Part shown: positions 17,956-27,570 of the stretch, piece after piece
Numbering within the stretch: the first letter of the stretch is position 1
Layout of the letters: each line of letters begins with the position of its first letter
The notes under the pieces: model-generated
Database searches by the model: none
What the model was told of the DNA's origin: nothing
Seen by the model: only the letters and a program-made list of their open reading frames with translations
Translations under genes and position numbers: made by a program
Source of the DNA: an uncultured bacterium
GTDB taxonomy: Bacteria; Fidelibacterota; Marinisomatia; Marinisomatales; UBA1611
Assembly: GCA_963933175.1 (NCBI GenBank)
Contig: CAWVTW010000001.1
Location: forward strand, 143-64,142
Direction of reading: 5' to 3'
Length of the DNA: 64,000 nucleotides

Positions 17956-20900
17956 CGAATAACGGCAAATTTCCCTATAAATGGATCTTGGCTTATACCA
18001 TCCTTTTTCATCACATGAAAAATATAGAGTCCCGGTGCCACTTCCTGATTATTCACAGTTCTCATATCCCACCATGCATTTCCGGAACTTTCACTTTCAT
18101 GTTCAATGGTATTTACATGCTCGCCAGTAATGGTGAATATTTTGATAGTACAACTTTTTGTCAAATTAGTAAAGCGGATCTGTCTTAAATATTTTGTTTC
18201 TTTGAATTTTGATCTTACAAAATACGGATTTGGTACAACACCTACATGCTTCAAATTGGTTTCAGGTATAACACCAGGATAAATCTGGACAAAATTCCGA
18301 TCTAAAATGGTTGTCCCTTTTGAATTTTGGATAGAACCATAACCATCCGGATCTGCCCATTTATCGGGATTTGAATAATTTGTATCGATCACAGTTTCAT
18401 ACTGACCAACCCCGACTTGATGATAAGTTATTTTATAAGGTGGCTCCACACCCATATCATAGGCCACAACAGAATAGGTATACTCTACACCGTTAGTAAC
18501 AGCATCGTCTTCGTACTTATACCAAAATGTATCACTTTCAACCACATATGGCTCGTCCAGGCGTATCATATCAAAACCAGTGTCTTCTCCTAAGTTGAAC
18601 CACGGAAAATATGGATCTTCTCCTTTTATGGAATGCCCTCGAATCCCTTCTGATTCACAGTTTTCATCTAATTGATAGATACAATATAAAGAATCCATTT
18701 CGGCAGAAAGATCAAATTGTTTAAAAGGACGCCAGCCAACAAAAATACCATCCCTATCAAAGATCATATCATTTGCTGAGCCCCAAGTTTCTCCACCGTC
18801 CAAACTCCTATATATTTTGTACCCTTCAAAATCGGCATAACTAGTCACAACATCTACCGAAGATTCTGCAACATTATTCCAATATAATTTAACTTTCTCG
18901 GATTCGGGTACTGCATGGACTGTGGGGCGAGTTGGTGGTGTGAATCCCTGGTATCGTGAATTATACATGACTTGGGCAAATTTGGCATTGTTAATCAAAT
19001 CATTTTCATCCTGGCCAAAGATAATGCAAAAAGAAAAGGGAACTTCACGACCTACTGGTAGATCAAAAGGACCGCAGTTCATAAGAATGAGTGGATCAAC
19101 GCCGTCTGGTGGTCTTTGAAATAAAGGTTCTTCCTCTATCCCTTCCAAGGAATCAAAGTGCGGATTTAGTTCAGAACCCAAATCTGTCCCAGGATGATCC
19201 GTGTGGAAATGCCAAGCGTTTTCATTATCACTCAAATTCGCTGTATCTCCCACCATGAGTTTATAGAATAGCTCTTCCTTATTTCTGGCTTGGGGACATC
19301 CTGGTGTTCCCGCATAGCAATCTCCGGAGGGACTTTCAGGATGAGTCACACCAGGGCGGGCATACCAATCCAGCCAGTGCCAATCCGTCATTTTTAATGG
19401 TTCACCTGGGAAAATGTCAATTGTACCATCATTATCCAAATCTACAGGCACTGTTGCCTTCGGTGAATCCAATAATTGTGTAGCAACTAATCCAAATTCA
19501 TTTCCCGGATTTGGTGAGTTTGGATCCATAGCATACCCATAGGCACCGGAAGAGACGCCATCATAATCCCCAATCATGGCCATACTGATCAACAAGCGTT
19601 CATGATTGATCTCGAAGATCTCCCAATAATATTTCATGAAATCATCTGCGCTACTCCAATAGCCATAATCACCATATTTATCACCGGTCAAAATGACTCC
19701 ATCCATCCAAAAGCCTAGAGTGAGTCCTTTATAATTAAACCCTTTGCCTCGATTCAGTTTTGTTCCATCAGGCATGATCATACCTTCCCCACACTTCTGG
19801 TTTCCCTGGTCATCCAAAATCGGTTCACCATATTCGTCTTCAGCACACCAATCCCCACTTTCGTTACGCACCTTCACAGTGACAAACAATATATCTTCCG
19901 CATAGGAGACACCATAAGAATGTGCTGCGGACATGACCCGTAATCCCATGGGATACCCAGTTTGATTATATTCATTATTGGTATTCACCTGGTTGCCACG
20001 ATGAGCCCAACGATCATCAAATTCCATATAGACATCCATATCAGATACAAAACGACCCGGCACATCCTCCCAACAATTTGGATCTTTCCGAGAATTCGAG
20101 CATCCAGCAAGATTGATATTATAATCCTGTGCCCACCATCCCGGCCAATAAGATTCATAATCGCCCGTAGCGGTGTTTAACTTTTTCGGCCAGGTTTGTG
20201 AATATCCAGAATGAGCTAGCAATGGGTATGTATCTCCCGGGTCGGTCACATATGTGTCTCCAAATAAATCACCAGCATTTACATCCGTGTTATGAGAATT
20301 AATCCTTGCCATGGATACGGGCTGCCAATCTGTGTTATAAGAAGGAGTATAATAAGTTAAACAGGATTCCGCAGTATTGGCGCCATAATAAAAATAACGA
20401 TCATCTTTTGTCCATTCTTCCTGATCTGGACCATAATCGTAATGATCAAATTGTTCTTCACGGCTGATAAGATCAGGTCTTAATGCCCAAGGATAGATCA
20501 ACCCGATCCTGGAACTTGATCTATTTGGATCTAATTCTCCAAAAGTGCTTAAGTGTATTTTTTTTTGTTCATGATCCAGACACCATTGATACGCATCCGT
20601 AATTAGATCCGTGGACAATTTCCTTGAAATACTGTCTGGCTCCCACCGTCCAAAGTCATTTTCAGCATCAAATAATATCCCGACAAAATTTGTATCTCCT
20701 TCAGAGTACCAAGCATCATAAGCATCTTGGGATTCCCAAATGCTGTATTTAGGAAATCCTTCATCATCTACAATAGATTCTGTAAATCCCCAAGAATAGT
20801 TTGATGTGTAGGATTGCCCAGGAACCCCGGCCAGAAATGTAACTTCATATAGGTACGAAAAATCTCCCCAGGCACCGTTGGGATTGACTTCAATATCAAT

Positions 20901-21125
20901 ATAATTCCCATAGTTGGCCAGAGCAGTCTGGGCCTTACCTTGGAGCAGGTAGCCCTTTGCTCGGTCGTTCATGGGGTTCGTGGGAAAAGGATAATCTCCG
21001 ATTCTGGCAGAATAGTTTTGGTTGAACGGATCTGTTAAAGACTCAATAGATGGGCGACCACGATGGTTGGCTTGTGCAATTGTTAGCCAAGAAAGGAGAG
21101 AATAAAAAAGTAATGGGCGATACAT
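17952..21125 (-). CDS. large secreted protein of unknown function with T9SS/FlgD-Ig-like C-terminal sorting domain
   Basis: 1057 aa with a signal peptide (LSWLTIAQA). The C-terminal roughly 80 aa (CTIKIFTITGEHVNTI...VAPGLYIFHV...GKFAVIR) resemble a T9SS type-A sorting domain. It overlaps the receptor gene by 4 nt. Confidence 0.6.
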   Translation of the reverse strand: MYRPLLFYSLLSWLTIAQANHRGRPSIESLTDPFNQNYSARIGDYPFPTNPMNDRAKGYLLQGKAQTALANYGNYIDIEVNPNGAWGDFSYLYEVTFLAGVPGQSYTSNYSWGFTESIVDDEGFPKYSIWESQDAYDAWYSEGDTNFVGILFDAENDFGRWEPDSISRKLSTDLITDAYQWCLDHEQKKIHLSTFGELDPNRSSSRIGLIYPWALRPDLISREEQFDHYDYGPDQEEWTKDDRYFYYGANTAESCLTYYTPSYNTDWQPVSMARINSHNTDVNAGDLFGDTYVTDPGDTYPLLAHSGYSQTWPKKLNTATGDYESYWPGWWAQDYNINLAGCSNSRKDPNCWEDVPGRFVSDMDVYMEFDDRWAHRGNQVNTNNEYNQTGYPMGLRVMSAAHSYGVSYAEDILFVTVKVRNESGDWCAEDEYGEPILDDQGNQKCGEGMIMPDGTKLNRGKGFNYKGLTLGFWMDGVILTGDKYGDYGYWSSADDFMKYYWEIFEINHERLLISMAMIGDYDGVSSGAYGYAMDPNSPNPGNEFGLVATQLLDSPKATVPVDLDNDGTIDIFPGEPLKMTDWHWLDWYARPGVTHPESPSGDCYAGTPGCPQARNKEELFYKLMVGDTANLSDNENAWHFHTDHPGTDLGSELNPHFDSLEGIEEEPLFQRPPDGVDPLILMNCGPFDLPVGREVPFSFCIIFGQDENDLINNAKFAQVMYNSRYQGFTPPTRPTVHAVPESEKVKLYWNNVAESSVDVVTSYADFEGYKIYRSLDGGETWGSANDMIFDRDGIFVGWRPFKQFDLSAEMDSLYCIYQLDENCESEGIRGHSIKGEDPYFPWFNLGEDTGFDMIRLDEPYVVESDTFWYKYEDDAVTNGVEYTYSVVAYDMGVEPPYKITYHQVGVGQYETVIDTNYSNPDKWADPDGYGSIQNSKGTTILDRNFVQIYPGVIPETNLKHVGVVPNPYFVRSKFKETKYLRQIRFTNLTKSCTIKIFTITGEHVNTIEHESESSGNAWWDMRTVNNQEVAPGLYIFHVMKKDGISQDPFIGKFAVIR

Positions 21126-21161
21126 CCGCCAAGTTTACATAGAGATAAGGATTTTTTTGGA

Positions 21162-23771
21162 CTATTTCCCGACAATAAAAACTGCATTCCCCAAAAGCAG
21201 TTTTCCATTATACCAAAAAGACCTAAATAGCAAATTGTCTGCTATATAAATAATACTTCCCTTTTTAGCTTCGTGAACACCAAACATCAAATTATTCTGG
21301 ATCTTTTTCTTAATACGATGACCCATAAATCCAGCAATGTGAGAATCAGGATCCTTTAAGGTACCCACGTTCCACCCTTTCGGTAATAAAGGATAAAGTG
21401 TTTTCTCCAATTTGAGCGCAAAATATTGGTCATTATATCCAAAAGCTAGTGGATGGGATTTATCCATTTCAACTTTCACAATAGAACCGTAGATATTATC
21501 AATGAGCTTTTTTCTCTTGCGGTCACTATACTTTTTTCCTCGCTCAGCTAGTTGTTGCTTTTCATCATTTTTCTTAGCTTCTTTTTTTGCAACTTCTGAT
21601 TCGTACTTCACTAAGCCATATCCTTTTTGGTCAACAAATTTTTTCATGGCAGATCCAATCACAACCAAGCGACCACCTCTATTTACCCAATTCAGTAATA
21701 CTGGAGGAGGCGATTGTTTGATTAACATGGAAGCAGATGTCTCCTTTTTAACTTGGGCGCTAGGCGAAACTTCAGTTTTTAAAAATCCGTAACTACCGTT
21801 AGGAAGGATTAATACGTCAAGATCATCAAAAGGAATCGATTTAAAATCAGATGAGTTAAAAACAGATATAGGATATTCAATTTGTTGTTCAAAATAGTGC
21901 CATATTTCACCAAAGTTACCACCAGACACACCATCACCATTAAGGACTGCTATTCGTGGTGATTTTACCACACGAAAATTGAAAGACCCGAGATCAATCC
22001 CTTTTGAAGATTTTCCAGTACTTATTGATACAAGATCGGGATTATGTTTCATGGCAGCAGTACGAATTATTTTGTACAGAGTTTTCCCTAGATGCTCATT
22101 CCCTTGTGGTGAAATAAATAGTGCACCAGGGTTATAATTAATATCATTATGGGTGAATGATTTTTCTGCTACACGAACTACAACTTTATTTTTTAATAAA
22201 TCAGCGAGAAATTTTAACGCATTTAAAGATCCCCATTTCGCAAGAATACCATAGTCGCCACTTTCCAGGAATTCTAAATGGGTAGGTGCAATTAGCGAGA
22301 CGTACTCTTGTATAAGTAATTCTTTTTCAGTTGCAAAAGCCTTTAGTCCATAAGCATATGGAAGCGACCAAGCAGTAATATCGTATGTTAATGTATCAGA
22401 TACTGCTGTCTGAGGTTCAAATAGCACTTGAGTCAATACGGACATGTTTTGTTTGGTTGAAATCAAAATATCTTCACCCATAACTTTAATACTTTCCTTT
22501 TCACCTGACTCATAAGCAAATGCATTGTTAACCAATTGTGTTTTTTTAATAAGGCGACCATATTTGATACCATTAAGATCAAGGAGATCTGTAAAATCAT
22601 TTAATTTATTTTTATGATTATCATTAGAAATAATATACGTTTTATACTTTTCAGATTGGATCGAATTTGCTGTTTTAAAAAAAGTTTGAAACTCTTTAAC
22701 CACTCTTTCAGAATTTTGATATGTGGCTTCCACGGTAGCTAACCCTGTCAAATAATGATGATCAAGTCTTTCCTGCAGAGTAAGAGTATCTGAAGAAGAT
22801 GTTTTTATAGCCACACCAGCAGAGCTACCACCCCCTTTTTCATAAGTCATCCCAATAGCGCCATTATAAGTCGGATATGTATCACCATAACCGGGGTAAA
22901 GAAGATCAAAGTCTTCATTCGTAAAATAGAGCAGTTGCTGCTCATCGAAATATTTTGCATTATTGTTACCTATGGTCTTCTGAAACTCTCTTTGCCATGG
23001 TGTAATTAATTCATGGTACGGCTCCACTGCAGGGGCAAAATAATAGGGATTGTTGTAAGATTGTTCATGGTAATCTACATGGATATGAGGCATCCATTTT
23101 TTGTACAATTTTAATCGATGTTGAGATTCTTTTTGGGTTTGCCAACTCCAATCACGATTCAAATCATGATAATAATGGTTTGTTCTACCGTCAGGCCAGG
23201 GTTCCCGATGCTCCCAAGTTTTTACGTCAACGTCCGGGATAACATTAGCTGTCGTACGATGAAAATTGGCATAGCGGTCTCGTCCATCAGGATTAATACA
23301 AGGATCAATCATCAATACGACTTTCTCGAGCCATTTCATTTGTTCAGCATTGTTAATGTCAGCAAATGTATGCAGCGTTTTTATGGCTGCTTCCATAGAA
23401 CTGGATTCATTCCCATGCACCGAATAGCTCAACCAAACAACGGATAAAGGATTTTTCGTTTTTTCACCTTCCATTAATCCTGATGCAATTAAATGATTTT
23501 TCCTGATAGATTCCACAGATTCCTTATTATTTGGGTGCGTGATAACGGAAACAATAAGTGGACGACCTTCATAGGTTTCACCGTAAGTAATCAATTCAAC
23601 ATGCTTTGAAACTGTTGATACATGTTCAAAATAATCCACAGCATCATGATGAAAGGTGAATTTATCTCCTAATTCATAACCTAGGAATTGAGATGGTGAT
23701 TGTAGTGGAGTATCGCCAAATATTATTGTCAAATAAATTAAGGGTAATAAAAACAGTTTTAAATTTTTCAT
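21162..23771 (-). CDS. M14-family zinc carboxypeptidase with large C-terminal extension
   Basis: YSVHGNESSS (HxxE zinc site), DPCINPDGRD, HVDYHE and YEKGG motifs. The signal peptide starts at the internal Met MKNLKLFLLPLIY, so I chose start 23771 rather than 23801. Confidence 0.8.
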   Translation of the reverse strand: MKNLKLFLLPLIYLTIIFGDTPLQSPSQFLGYELGDKFTFHHDAVDYFEHVSTVSKHVELITYGETYEGRPLIVSVITHPNNKESVESIRKNHLIASGLMEGEKTKNPLSVVWLSYSVHGNESSSMEAAIKTLHTFADINNAEQMKWLEKVVLMIDPCINPDGRDRYANFHRTTANVIPDVDVKTWEHREPWPDGRTNHYYHDLNRDWSWQTQKESQHRLKLYKKWMPHIHVDYHEQSYNNPYYFAPAVEPYHELITPWQREFQKTIGNNNAKYFDEQQLLYFTNEDFDLLYPGYGDTYPTYNGAIGMTYEKGGGSSAGVAIKTSSSDTLTLQERLDHHYLTGLATVEATYQNSERVVKEFQTFFKTANSIQSEKYKTYIISNDNHKNKLNDFTDLLDLNGIKYGRLIKKTQLVNNAFAYESGEKESIKVMGEDILISTKQNMSVLTQVLFEPQTAVSDTLTYDITAWSLPYAYGLKAFATEKELLIQEYVSLIAPTHLEFLESGDYGILAKWGSLNALKFLADLLKNKVVVRVAEKSFTHNDINYNPGALFISPQGNEHLGKTLYKIIRTAAMKHNPDLVSISTGKSSKGIDLGSFNFRVVKSPRIAVLNGDGVSGGNFGEIWHYFEQQIEYPISVFNSSDFKSIPFDDLDVLILPNGSYGFLKTEVSPSAQVKKETSASMLIKQSPPPVLLNWVNRGGRLVVIGSAMKKFVDQKGYGLVKYESEVAKKEAKKNDEKQQLAERGKKYSDRKRKKLIDNIYGSIVKVEMDKSHPLAFGYNDQYFALKLEKTLYPLLPKGWNVGTLKDPDSHIAGFMGHRIKKKIQNNLMFGVHEAKKGSIIYIADNLLFRSFWYNGKLLLGNAVFIVGK

Positions 23772-23859
23772 ATTTATTATTAAGATATTAGAGTTAGTCA
23801 TTAAAACTTAAGAAGAAATGTGACATCTTTTTCGTAAGAGAAACTTAAAAAATATTTTA

Positions 23860-25197
23860 TTATGCAGGAGGTGGAATCCGATTGAAAGAGAACTCGACTT
23901 TGGCCTTTACGATCTCTCCACCAATCTCTAATACAGGATATGCGAGAAAATTGATTGGACCTGAAATCGGGCCAGGTTCAACCACAAGATCACGTCCATG
24001 ACTAAACTCTATGCGGTTGGCTGGATTATGCCCAAAGTAATATGTAGACAGTGCTGAACACTTGTCTCCCTCACTGATATCAATAGGCCACCAATTTCCA
24101 TCAGTATAAAATTCTGCCCAACAATGATATCCATCAACACCACCATCGTTTCGTGATGAAGGAATAGATGCACCGATTGCAAAACGTGCAGGGATATCAA
24201 CTGAACGAGCTAATGCAATAAAATAGGAATGAAAATCTGTACAATTTCCGGACTTTACATCACAAGCATAAACGGCATCGCCCTTGCCCCATCCTTCACC
24301 ATATTTTATATATTTCATGCGGTCAATTGTATGATCATACAAAGCTCGAGCTTTAGCAAGGTTACCTAGTTTACCTTCTACAACATTTTTTGCAATTTGG
24401 CTAAATTCATTATTGGATGGAACCATACGATTGGGACGTAAATATTTTTTTGGGTCAAGGGATTTATCTTCGTAAACACCTTTTTCTCGACGATTCACTA
24501 AATAGCATATTTCAATAATCTCTCCTCCATTTTCAGGATTTAATTCCATGAAATACATTTTATTACCATATTCATTGTCTTCGAGAATTTCGTACGATAC
24601 TGGAGATTTAAAATATTTCAATTCTACCGATTGATATTCATCAGAAGCTGGTAATGGAATCCACAGGCGGCTCGTTTTGTTAATCTCCGGTAAAGTAGCT
24701 CGATAAGTAAATTCGAATCGGTCATTATCTTTAATGACTCCTAAAAGTTCTGGTGAAGCATTATCCGAAGGAACACGATGCCAAGTTTTATCCTGTTTCT
24801 GTTCCCACAAATATATAGGCTGACCATTGGTCTTATGAACAGTGGTTTCTGTAATAGTCATATCACCAGGATTACCAGAAAGGAAAAAATCTACATCGTA
24901 AACAAAACCATCTGTACTTGCAAGATCAACGCAGGCAAAGTGTCGTTGCGGTCCTAGATTGGCAAGATATTCTGTGTGAACACGCACCAGTTTGAGATTG
25001 AGTTCATTATTATCGAATAACAACTTGAAATAACCGTCACCCAGTTTCGTCTGTTCCTCGATATGTTTCTCAATGCCCACCTGGATGTCTGCGGTAACAA
25101 CGTTCGGTACATTATTAGATGCACTCTTTGCTTTTTGACAGGCAGTAAAAACAGTACAACTTATAAGAGCTGCCAGGATTATTTTACGCCAATTCAT
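23860..25197 (-). CDS. transglutaminase-like cysteine protease-fold lipoprotein
   Basis: The core is SGNCTDFHSYFIALARSVDIPARF ... GYHCWAEFY ... WWPIDIS (Cys-His-Asp triad pattern). The lipoprotein signal MNWRKIILAALISCTVFTAC begins at 25197. Confidence 0.75.
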   Translation of the reverse strand: MNWRKIILAALISCTVFTACQKAKSASNNVPNVVTADIQVGIEKHIEEQTKLGDGYFKLLFDNNELNLKLVRVHTEYLANLGPQRHFACVDLASTDGFVYDVDFFLSGNPGDMTITETTVHKTNGQPIYLWEQKQDKTWHRVPSDNASPELLGVIKDNDRFEFTYRATLPEINKTSRLWIPLPASDEYQSVELKYFKSPVSYEILEDNEYGNKMYFMELNPENGGEIIEICYLVNRREKGVYEDKSLDPKKYLRPNRMVPSNNEFSQIAKNVVEGKLGNLAKARALYDHTIDRMKYIKYGEGWGKGDAVYACDVKSGNCTDFHSYFIALARSVDIPARFAIGASIPSSRNDGGVDGYHCWAEFYTDGNWWPIDISEGDKCSALSTYYFGHNPANRIEFSHGRDLVVEPGPISGPINFLAYPVLEIGGEIVKAKVEFSFNRIPPPA

Positions 25198-25271
25198 TGC
25201 AAACGGTCTAACCTGGTCTCTAACCACAATCGAAACGGTGTGTTATTATATTGATGGTGGAAAATTATTAT

Positions 25272-25526
25272 TTAATTGTCATCAGATGGATGTTCACTGG
25301 ATGACTTTTTATCCGTAGGATGTTCAGGGTGCTCACTAGATGTTTTTTTATCCGTAGGATGTTCAGGATGCTCACTTGATGATTTTTTATCTGTAGGGTG
25401 TTCGTTAGATGTCTGCTCTGTGGTCTGTTTTTCAGACTTTTTACCTTTCGTTCCACAACCAACCAGATTTAGTAAGACAACGGCACAAATCGCAACCGGT
25501 AAAAGTATTTTTTTCAATATATTCAT
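25272..25526 (-). CDS. small lipoprotein with tandem His/Pro/Lys-rich repeats
   Basis: Signal peptide plus lipobox (LNLVGCG), followed by EHPTDKKSSS-EHPEHPTDKKTSS-EHPEHPTDKKSSS-EHP. Two other frames over the same DNA also give ORFs, but only this one has a signal peptide. Confidence 0.6.
   Translation of the reverse strand: MNILKKILLPVAICAVVLLNLVGCGTKGKKSEKQTTEQTSNEHPTDKKSSSEHPEHPTDKKTSSEHPEHPTDKKSSSEHPSDDN
25288..25395. repeat. tandem 39-bp coding repeat (two full units 25318-25356 and 25357-25395, plus a 30-bp partial unit 25288-25317)
   Basis: Direct reading gives ggatgttcagggtgctcactagatgtttttttatccgta followed by ggatgttcaggatgctcacttgatgattttttatctgta. Confidence 0.85.
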
Positions 25527-25557
25527 GTTTCTTTCCTTCTTTTATTTAAAACTATAG

Positions 25558-25612
25558 TATCCGATGCCGGACTGGAACCGGAGAGTCCTTACGAACAATG
25601 GATTTTAAGTCC
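25558..25612 (-). pseudogene. diverged copy of the 3' half of tRNA-Leu(UAA), anticodon loop to 3' end; candidate att-type repeat
   Basis: Hand alignment with 29067-29121: tatccgatgccggactggaaccggagagtccttacgaacaatggattttaagtcc versus tacccggggccggactcgaaccggcacgtccttacggacaatggattttaagtcc. There are about 8 mismatches in 55 nt. The 5' half of the tRNA is absent. Confidence 0.75.
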
Positions 25613-25620
25613 TTAATGAA

Positions 25621-25661
25621 ATTACGGATAATTACTCATAAATACTGATTATTACGGATAA
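25621..25661. repeat. two 11-bp direct repeats attacggataa (25621-25631 and 25651-25661), 30 bp apart, next to the tRNA fragment
   Basis: Read directly from the sequence. Function unknown. Confidence 0.5.
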
Positions 25662-25678
25662 ATACAAGCCTTCTTAAC

Positions 25679-25708
25679 AAAAAGGCCCCGCTATTGCGAG
25701 GCCTTTTC
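25679..25708 (-). terminator. rho-independent terminator downstream of the GH53 gene
   Basis: Hairpin ggccccgc-tatt-gcgaggcc (one mismatch), followed on the minus strand by a run of 5 U. Confidence 0.6.
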
Positions 25709-25728
25709 ATTATAAATCTAAAAGCATT

Positions 25729-27093
25729 TTACTTTAATAATACCATCTTTTTAGTCTGTCTAAACTCACCCGCTTGGATGGTATAGATGTATAATCCAGC
25801 TGAGACAGGATCACCAAGGTTATTGGTGGCATCCCATTGGATTGATTTGTAACCTGCTGTTTGTGAGCCATTTACAAGAGTATTAACAACTCGTCCCATC
25901 ATATCATAGATGGTGATGTTTACCACTGCATCTTCTGGTAAGTCATATTCTAAAGTTGTAATTGGATTAAATGGATTAGGATAATTATAAATATTGTTTA
26001 AACTAAAATTATCAATTCTTTTAATTGCTACACTTGAATTATCAAATACTGATATCGCATCTAGTAATTCTCCATCAAAATCAAATAGAGCCTGATTTTC
26101 CCATGGGCTTCCAAATTGGTTCGTTGATATCCAATCAGGAGCCCAATAACAAATACCCAATCCATAATCATTCTCATCCACAAGTATAATTAAATCATGA
26201 AGGAATGTAAACTGCCCATCCTCACTTGCTTCATAGTCTTCAAGTAATTGAGTCTCAAGACCCAAGATATTATTAGTGTTATCGTTCCATTGTAATGTAA
26301 ATGGATATGCAGTTTCAACTATCAATACTGGCTTTTGAAACTCATTGCCAAGTTCATCCATATTCTGGTTTAAATCAGATAATGTTCCATGCCACATTGG
26401 GTAGTATGATATACTCAAAATGTCAATATCGACACCCTGACCAATTAGATTATTAAAAAACCAATTTCCTCCACTACTGACATGCGAAATGATTTTCAAT
26501 GTATCTTGAGTATCTAATGCGCTATTTATTCCTTCAATAGCATGCATAAATAACTCTCGTAGTTTATTCCATTGAGAATCATTATTAGATTCATCACAAA
26601 CATATCCATCCGGCCATAAAAAGCCACAATCTGTTTCGTTACCAATTTGTACATATTTTGGCAAAGTGTTTTGATTTTTTAATTTAGTTATGACATGGTG
26701 ACTATATTGCTCCAGACTATCGCATAGAGTTTCAAAATTTAAATCTACCCAAGCAGAGGGCTTAGTTTGGCTTGATGGGTCTGCCCAAGTATCAGAATAA
26801 TGGAAATCTAGGAACAAATCCAACCCTACACTACTTGCTCTATCTGCTATTTCAAGAACACTTTCTAAATTGTTATAATTCAGCGATGGTGTGTGCCAAA
26901 TTTTAATTCGGGCAGTATTAATACCTTTATCCTTGAATATTTGAATTGGGTCAATTTGATTTCCATTTTCATAAAAAAGTCCTCCATTTTCTTCTACCTG
27001 CTTTAGCATAGATATATCAACCCCATTGATAAATTGATTACTTTTAGTGAATGATGACAAAATAAGAAGTCCGATAAGAATATACCTAATCAT
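25729..27093 (-). CDS. GH53 arabinogalactan endo-beta-1,4-galactanase with T9SS C-terminal sorting domain
   Basis: GVDISMLKQVEENGG.FYENG...GINTARIKIW, VQIGNETDCGFLWP and LIVETAYPF (GH53 catalytic Glu contexts). The C-terminal PNPFNPITTLEYDLPEDAVVNITIYDMMGRVV...AGLYIYTIQAGEFRQTKKMVLLK is a T9SS type-A domain. The start is set at the signal-peptide Met (MIRYILIGLLILSS). Confidence 0.85.
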   Translation of the reverse strand: MIRYILIGLLILSSFTKSNQFINGVDISMLKQVEENGGLFYENGNQIDPIQIFKDKGINTARIKIWHTPSLNYNNLESVLEIADRASSVGLDLFLDFHYSDTWADPSSQTKPSAWVDLNFETLCDSLEQYSHHVITKLKNQNTLPKYVQIGNETDCGFLWPDGYVCDESNNDSQWNKLRELFMHAIEGINSALDTQDTLKIISHVSSGGNWFFNNLIGQGVDIDILSISYYPMWHGTLSDLNQNMDELGNEFQKPVLIVETAYPFTLQWNDNTNNILGLETQLLEDYEASEDGQFTFLHDLIILVDENDYGLGICYWAPDWISTNQFGSPWENQALFDFDGELLDAISVFDNSSVAIKRIDNFSLNNIYNYPNPFNPITTLEYDLPEDAVVNITIYDMMGRVVNTLVNGSQTAGYKSIQWDATNNLGDPVSAGLYIYTIQAGEFRQTKKMVLLK

Positions 27094-27570
27094 ATCCAAA
27101 TCTACCCAACATCCCACAAACAATAAACCCCACTAACCTTATTAATTGTTTACTATTCCTTCCACATTATCCTGTATGGTATTCAATTTTTTAAATACAA
27201 ATCCAAATGTCATACTGGTACAGAATAGGATTACCCAAAGCATAGCAGTCATCGATTTTAATTTCTTTTCGAGACCATCTAAGCGCTCCTCCATTATTAA
27301 CTCCTTGTTAAATAATAACCCATATTACAAAATTTTGTTCAAGAATGTGTGTCAGCCTTTTTCTTTTGCACTACCCCACCTTACTTGCATCCTACCCTAA
27401 CACTTTTTAGTTAAACTAAATGGCCAGTGAATCTTGTTTGTTTTTGATAACCTATTCGTTAGCGCTAAAAATAAATATTGTTTTAACCTATTTAGTAAGA
27501 AATCTTTTTTAACTAATTTAAATTCAATAAACCAAATCATTCAATTAGATGAAAATCATGTTCAAACAAT

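Noticed and set aside
25288-25395. Regular 39-bp direct repeats that might be mistaken for a mini CRISPR array.
   Set aside because: The units are contiguous with no spacers. They are in frame and encode the EHPEHPTDKKSSS peptide repeat of a signal-peptide-bearing ORF.
25268-25557. Alternative ORFs over the repeat region (25268..25462 minus and 25276..25557 plus).
   Set aside because: These are repeat-induced open frames. Neither has a signal peptide or a sensible start context, and the 25272..25526 frame gives a classical lipoprotein precursor.
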